Assembly: GCA_963833565.1 (NCBI GenBank)
Contig: CAWHYO010000039.1
Coordinates: 74,303 to 138,302 of the forward strand
Source of the DNA: an uncultured Alphaproteobacteria bacterium
GTDB lineage: Bacteria > Pseudomonadota > Alphaproteobacteria > Rhizobiales > Rhodomicrobiaceae
Direction of reading: 5' to 3'
DNA length: 64,000 nucleotides
A program made the position numbers and the translations under genes. Position 1 is the stretch's first letter. Every line of letters starts with the position of its first letter. This document shows positions 10,626-20,887 of this stretch, piece by piece. The notes under the pieces were generated by a model, which worked only from the letters and a program-made list of their open reading frames with translations, ran no database searches and was not told the origin of the DNA.

Positions 10626-13600
10626 ATGGTGCAGGCATGGCTCGGGCGCGTTCTTGTGAAAGTCCTGATCATTTGCGATCTTCGCTGCTGGCGCTTTCAT
10701 GAGCGCGGCGCAAGCTGCGGACAATGTCGTCGCCCTCAGCAAGCAAGTTGGCCAGCTCTACAGCCAAGGCAAATACAAGGAGGCGCTCGCCCTCGCGGAG
10801 AAGGCCCTCACGCTTGCCGAGCGGGTGCTCGGCAAGGACCATCCCAACACACTTGCAAGCGTGAACAATCTCGCCTTGCTCTATCAAGCCCTGGGCCGCT
10901 ATCAGGAGGCCGAGCCGCTCTATCAGGCGCGCGCTGGAGGCCGCGAGCGGGTGCTCGGCAAGGAGCATCCCGACACGCTCAAAAGCGTGAACAATCTCGC
11001 CGCCCTCTATCAGGCCCAGGGCCGCTATCAGGAGGCCGAGCCGCTCTATCGGCGCGCGCTGGAGGCCCTTGAGCGGGTGCTCGGCAAGGAGCATCCCAAC
11101 ACGCTGCCAAGCGTGAGCAATCTCGCCATCCTCTATCAGGCCCAGGGCCGCTATCAGGAGGCCGAGCCGCTCTACAGGCGCGCCCTGGAGGCCCGACGAG
11201 CGGGTGCTCGGCAAGGAGCATCCCGACACGCTTAAAAGCGTGAACAATCTCGCCGTCCTCTATAAGGCCCAGGGCCGCTATCAGGAGGCCGAGCCGCTCC
11301 TACAGGCGCGCGCTGGAGGCCCGTGAGCGGGTGCTCGGCAAGGAGCATCCCGATACGCTGACAAGCGTGAGCAATCTCGCCTTCCTCTACAGGCCCAGGG
11401 CCGCTATCAGGAGGCCGAGCCGCTCTATAGGCGCGCGCTGGAGGCCCGCGAGCGGGTGCTCGGCAAGGAGCATCCCGACACGCTCGAAGCGTGAACAATC
11501 TCGCAACCCTCATAAGGACCAGAGCCGCTATCAAGAGGCCGAGCCACTCTATAGGCGCGCCCTGGAGGCCTCGAGCGGGCGCTCGGCAAGGAGCATCCCC
11601 ATACGCTGCCAAGCGTGAACAACCTCGCCCTCCTCTATAGGCCCAGGGCCGCTATCAGGAGGCCGAGCCGCTCTACAGGCGCGCGCTGGAGGCCTCGAGC
11701 GGGTGCTCGGCAGGGAGCATCCTACACGCTTACAAGCGTGAACAATCTCGCCGTCCTCTATCAAGGCCCAGGGCCGCTATCAGGAGGCCGAGCCGCTCTA
11801 TAAGCGCGCGCTGGAGGCCTCCGAGCGGGCGCTCGGCAAGGAGCATCCCGAAACGCTTCGAAGTGTGAGCAATCTCGCCGCCCTCTATTATGCGCAGCAG
11901 GACTGGGGCCGCGCCGTCGATTTTTGGCGGCGCAGCACCGCTGCAATCGCCAGGCGCGAGCAGCGCGGCGCCTCAACCGCGAGCCAAGGCCTGACGGGAA
12001 AGAAAAAAAGCGAAACCGAGCGGTTGAGATGGGGAATTCCGGGGACTCGTCAGGGCGATGTACCGCCTCGCGCCGGAAAGTGGCGCGCCGGATCTGAAAG
12101 CCGCACGTGAAATGTTTGAAACTGCGCAATGGGCGCAAAGCTCGGAAGCTGCGGCTTCGCTCGCGCAAATGGCGGCGCGCGGCGCGAAGGGCGATGCGCA
12201 GGCTTGCGGCGCTGGTGCGCGAGCGCCAGGATCTGGTGGCGGAGTGGCAGAAGCGCGATGGCTTGCGCAACGCCGCCCTTGGGCAGACGCCGGAGAAGCG
12301 CAACGCAAAAGCCGAAGGCGAGAATAACGCGAGGCTGGCCGCTATCGACGCGACAATCGCGGGGATCGATAAGGAGCTTGCGGCGGCGTTCCCGGATTAT
12401 GCCGCGCTCGCCAGCCCCGCGCCGCTGACGGTAGAGGAGGCGCAATCGCTGCTTGGCGACGGCGAGGCGCTGATCCTTTTCCTCGATACGCCGGAAGGGA
12501 AAACGACGCCCGAGGAGACCTTCATCTGGGCGGTGACCAAGACGGACGTGCGCTGGGTGCGGTCGGACATGGGTGCGGCGGCGCTCGCCCGCGAGGTGCA
12601 GGCGCTGCGCTGCGGCCTCGACGAGGCGGCATGGCAGGAGAGATCCTGCGCGGAACTCACCGGCCAGACCTATAGCGATGCGGACCGGAATGCGGGCAAG
12701 CCGCTGCCGTTCGATCATGCCCGCGCCGCAAGCTTTATCAGGCGCTGTTCGGACAGATCGAAGACCTCATCAAGGGCAAGCAGCTTTTGCTGGTGCCGTC
12801 CGGCGCGCTCACGCAGCTGCCGTTCCAGGTGCTGGTGACGGTGCCGCCCGCTGGCGAGGGCGCACCGGCGGCGTGGCTCATCCGCGATCACGCGCTGACT
12901 GTGCTGCCTGCGGTTTCCTCGCTGAAAGCGCTGCGCCGCGTGGCGCGGCCAAGCGCGGCCACAAAGCCGCTGATCGGCTTCGGCAATCCGCTGCTCGATG
13001 GCCACGACCCCGCCGATGCGAAACTCGCGCGCGACAACCAGAGTTGCGCGGCCCTTTCCAAAACGGAGCTTGCCGCACGCCAGCCCGCGCGGCGTTGCGC
13101 AAATTCAGACGCGGGGCGGATTGGCCGATGTGTCGCTCTTGCGCAGTCAAGCGCCGCTTCCCGAGACGGCCGATGAGCTCTGCGCCGTCGCCCGCGACGT
13201 TCACGCCGATCCAAGCGACATCCACCTTGGCGCGCGCGCGACCGAAAGCGAGGTGAAACGCCTCAGCGCCAGCGGCGACCTTGCCAAATACCGCGTCGTG
13301 CATTTCGCAACGCATGGCGCGCTTGCCGGGCAGATCAGCGGCAACAGCGAGCCGGGACTGATCCTGACCCCGCCTGCCTCGCCGAGCGAGGAGGATGACG
13401 GTTATCTCACCGCCTCGGAAATCGCAGGCCTGAAGCTCGACGCCGATTGGGTGATCCTGTCGGCCTGCAATACGGCGGCTGGAGGCGCGAAAGGGGCCGA
13501 CGCGCTCTCGGGGCTGGCCCGCGCCTTCATCTATGCCCAGGCGCGCGCGCTTCTCGTTTCGCACTGGGCGGTGAACTCGGAAGCGACCGTGAAGCTTATT

Positions 13601-13759
13601 ACAGGCGCGATGCATCGGCTTGCCGCCGATCAATCCATGGGCCGCGCGGAAGCGATGCGTCAATCCATGCTCGCGCTCATCGATAGACGCGGCCTGGAGG
13701 CGCAACCAGCTTTCTGGGCGCCGTTCGTGGTCGTCGGGGAGGGCGGGGCCGTGAGATAG
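10626..13759 (+). CDS. Secreted TPR-repeat + CHAT (caspase-like cysteine protease) protein, multiply frameshifted
   Basis: Reconstructed signal peptide ending AQA; 42-aa HPxTLxSVNNLAxLY TPR repeats; CHAT motifs LLVPSGALTQLPF, HFATHG, VILSACNT, VSHWAV and WAPFVVVG. Confidence 0.9.
10818..11900 (+). repeat. Tandem ~126-bp coding repeats (8 full + 1 partial TPR units)
   Basis: gagcggg(t/c)gctcggca recurs at about 10818, 10945, 11071, 11198, 11325, 11450, 11573, 11697 and 11823. Confidence 0.95.
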
Positions 13760-13789
13760 GTTCGCTGCCGACGAAATGGTAACGCCGCC

Positions 13790-13864
13790 CATGGTTCGAC
13801 AGGCTCACCATGAGGGTTAACCCGCTAAAAACACTCGACCTCATCCTGAGCTTGTCGAAGGATG
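13790..13864. repeat. REP/MITE-like inverted palindrome pair
   Basis: catggttcgacaggctcaccatgagg and cctcatcctgagcttgtcgaaggatg are inverted copies with compensatory gg/cc versus cc/gg stem changes. Confidence 0.75.
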
Positions 13865-13901
13865 AGAAGACCATTTTCCAGCAGCCCGCTCGATCACCAC
13901 C

Positions 13902-14154
13902 TTAGCCCGCGGCATCAGCCGCCGCTGGGCGGCTGCGGGATTTCCTCGGGGCCTGCTTTTCGGCTTTTTCGGCGGCTTCCCTTTTTTTTGCTTCGGCCTC
14001 CTCGGCTTCCTTGGCGAGTCTCAACTCTCGCAATCTTGAAACCTTTTCGGAGCGCTGCCGGGCGGCGGATTTCGATATCCTGCCTGACGGCTTGATCGCG
14101 TTTCTGGAGACTGGCGAAGCGCTCCGCGGCCTTGGTCTTAGTCGTGGCAGCCAT
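13902..14154 (-). CDS. Small basic helical hypothetical protein (frameshift near 14070)
   Basis: MAATTKTKAAERFASLQKRDQAVRQDIE, then SAARQRSEKVSRLRELRLAKEAEE... in the shifted frame; AGAAGG RBS. Resembles a recurrent small alphaproteobacterial family. Confidence 0.6.
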
Positions 14155-14375
14155 GAGGTTGTTATCCTTCTGGTTGGCGCATTTGCGGCTGCAAAGGAAA
14201 GCGTTGAAACGCGCCTTCCGAGCGAGCTGTGAAGGCGCTCGCTCTTAGAACATCTCCCTAAATCTGGTGTTGGATGAACCGCTTCGCAAGCACTTGCGGT
14301 TGTGGCGCCGCGCTACTTCGGGGTCAATTGAAGTGAAGCTTCCGTAATCTTCCGAGAAAGCCAACCGCCATTAGC

Positions 14376-14400
14376 TGAACGCACGGCGCTTTCCTGTGTT
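14376..14400 (+). promoter_or_regulatory. Putative sigma-EcfG (general stress) promoter
   Basis: TGAAC-N16-TGTT about 30 nt upstream of the GH15 ATG; consensus is GGAAC-N16/17-CGTT. Confidence 0.4.
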
Positions 14401-14429
14401 GAGCGTTATCATTACGCTCATCGAAGTTT

Positions 14430-16250
14430 ATGACAAAACGTATCGAGGACTACGCTCTTATTGGCGACTGTGAAAGTGCGGCTCTCGTGGCGCGCGACGG
14501 CTCGATCGACTGGCTGTGCTGGCCGCGGTTCGATTCCGGAGCGCTGTTCGCATCCTTGCTCGGCACGCCGGAAAACGGGCATTGGAGCATGTCGGCAGCC
14601 GGAGGGGCCGCAACAGAAACGCCGATACCGCGATGGCGCCCTGATCCTCGAAACCGATTTCGAAACAGCGAATGGCGGCCGCTACCCTCGTCGACTTCAT
14701 GCCTTTTCACCGGGAAGGCCCGAGCCGGCTGATCCGCCTTGTCCAGGGCCGCTCAGGCGAGGTCGAAATGATGACCGAATTCATGCTGCGCTTCGATTAC
14801 GGCCTGATCGTTCCCTGGGTCACCCGAATGGACGGCGAAGGGCTGCAGGCGACCGCGGGGCCGGACATGGTTGTTTTGCAGACGAATGCGTCCGTGAGGG
14901 CGTGCGGAATGAAGCATTGCGGGGTCATTCACGGTCCGGCCGGGGGAAACGGTCTGGTTTGTCTTGAGCTATGGAAAGTCGTTCGAGCCGCCCCCTCCCC
15001 CCATCGATCCGCTGCAGGCGCTGGAAGAAACCGAAAAAGCCTGGCGGCGTTGGTCGCAGCGTTGCTCCTGCGGCGGCCCTTACTCAGCGCCGGTTTTGCG
15101 CTCCCTCATTACTTTGAAGGCCCTGACCTACCATCCGACGGGAGGAATCGCCGCTGCTGTGACGACCTCGTTGCCTGAGAAAATCGGCGGCAGCCGTAAC
15201 TGGGATTACCGGTTTTGCTGGCTGCGCGACGCGACCTTCACGTTGCTCGCGCTCATGAACTCCGGTTACCGGCAAGAAGCGGGGGAATGGCGGACATGGC
15301 TTCGCCGCGCAGTGGCTGGCAGCCCTCAGCAGGTTCAGATCGTGTATGGCCTCGCTGGCGAGCGCCGCCTCATCGAGAGCACCATCCCGTGGCTTTCCGG
15401 CTATGAAGATTCAAAGCCTGTGCGCATCGGAAATGCGGCGGCGGACCAGCTGCAGCTCGACATCTTCGGCGAGGTGATGGATGCGATGTTCCAATGGAGC
15501 GAGGGCCACCCCGATCCTGCACACGAAGCATGGCCTCTTGTTCGCACCATTATCGAGCATCTTGAAAAGATCTGGCGGATGCCGGACGAGGGCTTGTGGG
15601 AGGTGCGCGGCGGCGCCCGCCAATTTACCCATTCCAAGGTGATGGCGTGGGTGGCGTTCGACCGCGCCATCAGAACCATAGAACGCCACGGCCTCGACGG
15701 GCCGTTGGAACGCTGGCGAAATGTTCGCGATCAGATCCATCGGCAGGTCTGCGAGGAGGGCTTCGATAAGAAGGCAGGAACGTTCACGCAGAGCTACGGG
15801 TCGAGCGCGCTGGACGCGAGCGCTCTTCTCATCCCGCTCGTTGGCTTTCTTCCGGCGAGCGATCCCAGGGTGCACTCGACGATCGAAGCGATCGGCAGGA
15901 AGCTCCGCGTCGATGGCCTCATCCGCCGCTACGATACGGAGAAAACCGAGGATGGCGTCAAAGGCAGCGAAGGCGCGTTCCTGGCCTGCTCTTTCTGGTA
16001 TGCCGACAATCTTCTCATGATCGGACGGCGGGACGAAGCCCGCGAACTCTTCGAGTATCTTCTGACCCTTTGCAACGACGTGGGCCTCTTGTCCGAGGAA
16101 TACGATCCCGTGGCGGGGCGCATGCTGGGCAATTTCCCGCAAGCCTTTTCGCACGTGGCGCTCATCAACACGGCGCACAACCTCTCCCATTCTGCGAAGC
16201 CGGCAACCCAGCGTTCGGCCAAAGGGAGTGCTGCGCCGCGGCCTGGTTAG
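14430..16250 (+). CDS. Glycoside hydrolase family 15 (trehalase/glucoamylase-like), frameshifted
   Basis: [56 protein letters not shown] across three frames. Confidence 0.93.
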
Positions 16251-16262
16251 TGGGCGCAAGCT

Positions 16263-17015
16263 TCAGTGGACAACGTCCCCGGCGTTGGGATAGACGCCTT
16301 TCAGCACAACGTCGAAATGGCTTCGCACGGCATCGTTGCACGCGCACGCCCGCCGCTGCAGCGTGGCAACGTCTTCTACCAGCAGCGCGCCCCGGCTCGT
16401 TTTCAGCGCCTTCTCCGTCTTCAACGTCTGGATCACCCGGCTGATGTAGCTGCGGCCGACGCCCAGCATGCTGGCGAGTTGCTCCTGGGTCATCGGCAGA
16501 ATCGGGGTCTGTGTCCGGTCTATCCCGGCGAGAAGCAGTTTTGCGACCCTCTGCTCGATGGAGTGCGCAGCGTTGCAAGCCGCCGCCTGAAAGACCTGAG
16601 CGAGAAGGCAATCCGCATAGCGGGCAAAAAGACGCCTGATGGCGATCGATTGATGCTTCGCCGCATCGAGAGCTGACGTTTCAATCTTCAGGAATTCTCC
16701 GGGGAATTCAACTGAAGCCCGCGCATAAGTCGGTAGATGGCCCTGACTTATGACCCCCCCGACGGCTCCCTCCCTGCCGATGAGGGCTGTTTCGGCGCTC
16801 TTGCCATCGGGCAGCAAAATCGAGAAGGATGCAAGGCTCGCTCCGCAGGGAAAATAGGTGAAGCGGACATCGTCGCCGGGGTCATAAAAGACGGTGCCGC
16901 GATCGGCCTCCACAACTTCGAAAGAGGGCCTGAGCCTGATCACGTCATTCTCACGGAGAGCGCGCAATAAGTTGTTTCCGCCGCCTCCCTTGCGTCCAGT
17001 GTATTGTTTGTGCAT
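16263..17015 (-). CDS. Crp/Fnr family transcriptional regulator
   Basis: NNLLRAL, IGREGAVG, QAAACNAAHSIEQR, HTH MTQEQLASMLGVGRSY; no FNR-type N-terminal Cys cluster. Confidence 0.92.
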   Translation of the reverse strand: MHKQYTGRKGGGGNNLLRALRENDVIRLRPSFEVVEADRGTVFYDPGDDVRFTYFPCGASLASFSILLPDGKSAETALIGREGAVGGVISQGHLPTYARASVEFPGEFLKIETSALDAAKHQSIAIRRLFARYADCLLAQVFQAAACNAAHSIEQRVAKLLLAGIDRTQTPILPMTQEQLASMLGVGRSYISRVIQTLKTEKALKTSRGALLVEDVATLQRRACACNDAVRSHFDVVLKGVYPNAGDVVH

Positions 17016-17068
17016 GTCTATCTTTCTTTATCAAATTCGCTTAAGGTGAAGCCCGATTGAAGGGCGTT

Positions 17069-17084
17069 TGTTCATTTGTGGACA
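17069..17084. promoter_or_regulatory. Imperfect palindrome TGTTCA-N4-TGGACA, candidate Crp-type operator
   Basis: Lies between the divergent Crp gene and the HWE kinase gene. Confidence 0.4.
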
Positions 17085-17174
17085 GACGAACTTCCCTATT
17101 TTGTTTAAGGAGATATGAATCCAGCCAATGGCAGAGATCCCACCATGTTTGCTGTGCCATAGCTTTTGGGTTCC

Positions 17175-19295
17175 ATGTTCGAGGAACAATCCAGCAAGTT
17201 GCTGAGGGCGCTAATGCGCCTTTTAGGAGGCGGGTTGCCTTCCCTTACCTTGCGTTTGCCATCGCAGGTGGCGCGGGACGAGCAGGTGTGCGCTGGCTCT
17301 GGCTTTGAGAGCGCGCCACAGAGAAACAGGTGCGCAACCCGTTCCTGCGAGAACCATCCCAGCCCGAAGAATGCTGATTGTCACCGTTGCCACAGCGAGG
17401 ACATACTTCGTCTCGTGCTGGAAGCGGCGGAGCTTGGCACATGGCGCTGGGAGGTCGGCGAACCAGGAAAACCTTTGGTTTGGGATACGCGTTGCAAAAC
17501 GCTCCTGGGCCTGACGCCTGACGCAGAGGTGACCTATCCGATCTGGGTGAATATCGTTCATCCTGACGACCGCGCCGAAGCAGATTCCGTCGTCACACGC
17601 GCTCTTGATCCCTCCGACCCCGAGGATGGCCTCGTTTGCAAATATCGCATTTTGCGCCCTGACGGGACCGTGATCTGGCTCCTCGCCACCGGCCGCGCCT
17701 ACTTCGAGCCGGATCCCGCGCAGCCAGCCGGAAGGCGCCCCTTGCGGCTCCTGGGCGCCATCCGCGACATTACCGAAATGGAGCTGGCCGATCTGCAGCG
17801 CCACAGCCGCGAGAAGCGCGGCCGCTACTTTCTTTTGCTGGAAGAGCGGCTTCGTTCCGCGGCCACTGCGCGGGACGCGGTTAGCGGGGCATGCGCGGCC
17901 GTTGGCCAGGAGCTTAACGCCACCTTTGCCGGCGTGGGAGAACTGCAAGCCGACGGCGTGGATACGGTGGTGGAAAGCGCCTGGAGCGCTTCCGGCGATC
18001 CGGCTTCCGTCCTGGGGCGGCACCGGTTCATGGGAGCCAAGCGGATCGAAGCTCTCCTGGCTGGCGGCGCCGTCACAATCGACGACGTGACGGCGGACCC
18101 TCGCTTTGCAACGGACGAAGGAGCACAGGCCGCTTACGCTGCTTTTGACGCGCGGTCGTCGATCAATGTGCCTCTCATACGGGACGGGCGTCCGCGCGCC
18201 TTCCTGTTCGTTGCGGATGCATGGCCCCGGGCCTGGACTGAGGCCGAGGTTGCTCTCGCGCGTGAAACGCTTGAGCGAGTTTGGCAAGCGGTCGAAAGAG
18301 CGCGTGCCGAGGAAGAACTCCGGTTGACAACCGAGCGTTTCGAGCTGGCGCTGAAAGAGTCCCCGATTGCCGTTTTCTGCCAGGACCTCGACCTCAGATA
18401 CACGTGGATTTACAATCCTGGCCTTGGCTATGAAGCCTCCGAGGTTATTGGAAAATTCGACTCTGATCTCTTCGAGCGCGCCGAGGATGCTGCGGCAACC
18501 GAGGCAATCAAGCGGGACGTTATCCGAACGGGTCTCGGCAAGCGTGGGGAGGTTCGCATCCACGCGGACGGCATCGATCGTTACTACGATCTGCTCGCCG
18601 ACCCTATGCGCGATAGCTCGGGGCACATCATAGGCGTCCGCTGCGCCGCGATCGACATTACCGAACGCAAGCGCCAGGAGGAGCACATCCGCCTCTTGAT
18701 GCGCGAGGTGAACCACCGTTCGAAGAACATGCTGACGCTCGTTCAGGCCGTGGCCCGGCAGACGGCAGCGAAAAAGCCCGGCGACTTTTTTGGCCGGTTC
18801 GACGAACGGATCCGCGCCCTCGCCGCAGGCCAGGATCTCGTCGTCAAGAATGACTGGAGAGGTGCCAATCTCGACGAGCTTATCCGTTCACAGCTCTCGC
18901 ACTTCAAAGATCTTATCGGCGTGCGGATCGTATTGAACGGGCCTTCCCTCTTCCTCTCCGCGTCTGCGGCGCAGACCATCGGCATGGCGCTGCATGAGCT
19001 TGCCACGAACGCCGGCAAATACGGAGCCCTGTCAAACGATGACGGACATATCGATGTGTCCTGGCATCTCGGGCGCGATGACGAAGGCAACGGCGTTTTC
19101 GTCATGGGCTGGACCGAGCGGGATGGCCCTCCCGTTTCGGTCCCGGCGCACCGCGGGTTCGGAACGACCTTGATATCCCGCATCGTTGAAGTGAGCCTGA
19201 ACGCCAAGGTGGACCTCGATTATCCGGTCACCGGCCTATCCTGGCGGCTCACATGCAACGCCGATGAAGTCCTGGATGCTGCTGCCGGCCGCTAG
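17175..19295 (+). CDS. PAS-GAF-PAS HWE-type sensor histidine kinase
   Basis: VHPDDR PAS, GAF, EVNHRSKN H-box, LHELATNAGKYGAL, WTERDGP, GFG. Start is uncertain. Confidence 0.92.
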   Translation: MFEEQSSKLLRALMRLLGGGLPSLTLRLPSQVARDEQVCAGSGFESAPQRNRCATRSCENHPSPKNADCHRCHSEDILRLVLEAAELGTWRWEVGEPGKPLVWDTRCKTLLGLTPDAEVTYPIWVNIVHPDDRAEADSVVTRALDPSDPEDGLVCKYRILRPDGTVIWLLATGRAYFEPDPAQPAGRRPLRLLGAIRDITEMELADLQRHSREKRGRYFLLLEERLRSAATARDAVSGACAAVGQELNATFAGVGELQADGVDTVVESAWSASGDPASVLGRHRFMGAKRIEALLAGGAVTIDDVTADPRFATDEGAQAAYAAFDARSSINVPLIRDGRPRAFLFVADAWPRAWTEAEVALARETLERVWQAVERARAEEELRLTTERFELALKESPIAVFCQDLDLRYTWIYNPGLGYEASEVIGKFDSDLFERAEDAAATEAIKRDVIRTGLGKRGEVRIHADGIDRYYDLLADPMRDSSGHIIGVRCAAIDITERKRQEEHIRLLMREVNHRSKNMLTLVQAVARQTAAKKPGDFFGRFDERIRALAAGQDLVVKNDWRGANLDELIRSQLSHFKDLIGVRIVLNGPSLFLSASAAQTIGMALHELATNAGKYGALSNDDGHIDVSWHLGRDDEGNGVFVMGWTERDGPPVSVPAHRGFGTTLISRIVEVSLNAKVDLDYPVTGLSWRLTCNADEVLDAAAGR

Positions 19296-19333
19296 GCAGA
19301 AGTCGCCGGACGGCCCAACGGATCGCCAGCGCC

Positions 19334-19430
19334 GTCATCCCGGCTAGGCGAAGCGCGAGGCGGCATCGCAAAAGTGCAGGCGCTTCAACCTGTTACGATC
19401 CCGGATAAGGCTTCGCCTTTCCGGGATGAC
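19334..19430. repeat. ~97-bp palindromic REP/MITE-like element, copy 1
   Basis: Ends gtcatcccgg ... ccgggatgac; near-identical inverted copy at 25419-25514. Confidence 0.85.
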
Positions 19431-19531
19431 GAAGAGATAATCTTGTTTTCGTCAACAAATGCCTCGGTGTTTTCGGTCGCCTCCAGCCAACGCATTCAAC
19501 CTTCGGGTCGCAGAGAACCTTCTCCGCCATC

Positions 19532-20743
19532 CTACGATCCCACCCAGAGCGCCATCTGCTCATAGACATCCTGCCGGCTGAGCAAGTCGAAGTGATTCAT
19601 GCGGCGGCCGATCCATTGCCGGCTCTCAGGGATGGGCAACGCGCGATGGGGCTCGTCGTGCTGGCCGAGCGCGCTTCTGACTGGCACGAGGCCGTCGCCC
19701 AGAAGCCGGTCGCGCAGGCCGTCGGCCTCGATCGCTGTGGACGCTGCAATGGCGAAGCACTGGACGCCTTCCGGAAGAGGGACGGCTTGCCTTGTATCGC
19801 CCACATGCTTGAAACGGTCCCTGTCCTGCCAGTCACTGTCGAGCAGATTGCCATAGCGAAGATCTGTGATGCCAGCGCTGCGAATCCGGCCGAGATGGGT
19901 GAAAGGAGCCGTGTACCGGCTTTTGTCGAGCGCCAGATGCAGCCACTGGCCGCCACGCTCCATCGGAGCGCCATGGTGCGGCGTGCCGAGGAAAATAAGC
20001 TTGAGGAGATGGCGGGGCCAGTCATGTCCTGCGGCTGCGCCGTAATGGCACGCGCTCCGCGATACCAGCCCGCCCATGCTGTGTCCGATGATGATGAGGT
20101 CCTCGACCGGCACAGGCCACTCGGCGACCAGCGCCTGCAGCAAGTCTGCAAAAGCTCGTCCGTTGGCCGAAATATGCAGTCCTGTATTGTAGTGCAGATA
20201 AAGCGCCGTGTACCCCAGATCGCGCGCGAGCGCGGCGCCATGATCATGGCCGTCCCGGTTCCAGTGCGTGTCGTTCAAACACAAGCCGTGGACCAGCACG
20301 GCAAGCCGGCCGCTCGACGGGGCGAGAGTCTCTGCGAGGCTGTCTCTATCCAGGTGGAGCGGCTGGCCGTCGCAGCGCAGGCGCATGGGAATCGCGAGCG
20401 GGTTGGCGGTCTCGGCCAGATGATCGCCCAGTACGCCGTTCAAGGCGGCGCGCGCGGCCTCTTGGCCCGGTGTAGGATGTTCGTCGGTGAGGATCGGATC
20501 CAGCAGCGCGAGAGCCGCATCGACGCCGTTGCCGGTCAAATGAGTCACGCCTCGGATGCTGCGGTAGACCAGTCCCGTGATGCCGCGCGTCTTTCCATCC
20601 GCGCGAGGGGCGAACGGGCTGAAATGGCCGGCAATGTTGCCATGCATGGTTTCAACCATCGCGATCAGGCCTGCAACCGTGTCGAAGGCAAGCCTGCTCA
20701 TGCCGCGCAGACGGGAACCGGAGCTTTCAGGGCTAGTGCTCAT
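19532..20743 (-). CDS. PGAP1-like alpha/beta hydrolase (lipase/esterase)
   Basis: VLVHGLC, YNTGLHIS, IGHSMGGLV, LGTPHHGAP, GDGLVP, NHFDL. Confidence 0.88.
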   Translation of the reverse strand: MSTSPESSGSRLRGMSRLAFDTVAGLIAMVETMHGNIAGHFSPFAPRADGKTRGITGLVYRSIRGVTHLTGNGVDAALALLDPILTDEHPTPGQEAARAALNGVLGDHLAETANPLAIPMRLRCDGQPLHLDRDSLAETLAPSSGRLAVLVHGLCLNDTHWNRDGHDHGAALARDLGYTALYLHYNTGLHISANGRAFADLLQALVAEWPVPVEDLIIIGHSMGGLVSRSACHYGAAAGHDWPRHLLKLIFLGTPHHGAPMERGGQWLHLALDKSRYTAPFTHLGRIRSAGITDLRYGNLLDSDWQDRDRFKHVGDTRQAVPLPEGVQCFAIAASTAIEADGLRDRLLGDGLVPVRSALGQHDEPHRALPIPESRQWIGRRMNHFDLLSRQDVYEQMALWVGS

Positions 20744-20887
20744 CAAGGTGAAACGCTGCATGCCCGGCGGCAAATGCGCCGAGGCATCGTTGGGAAACAA
20801 AGAGCGGCACTGAGCAATCCGATCAGGTTCTCGACTTTTCTTCCTCGCATAAAATTCCGGGGGGCATTCTCTGCCCCCCGCCTCAGC

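Noticed and set aside
10818-11900. Tandem repeats as a CRISPR array
   Set aside because: The units are contiguous 126-bp coding TPR repeats with no unique spacers, and there are no cas genes.
10818-11900. Diversity-generating retroelement behind the repeat variation
   Set aside because: No reverse transcriptase or template repeat is in the window, and the changes are not adenine-specific.
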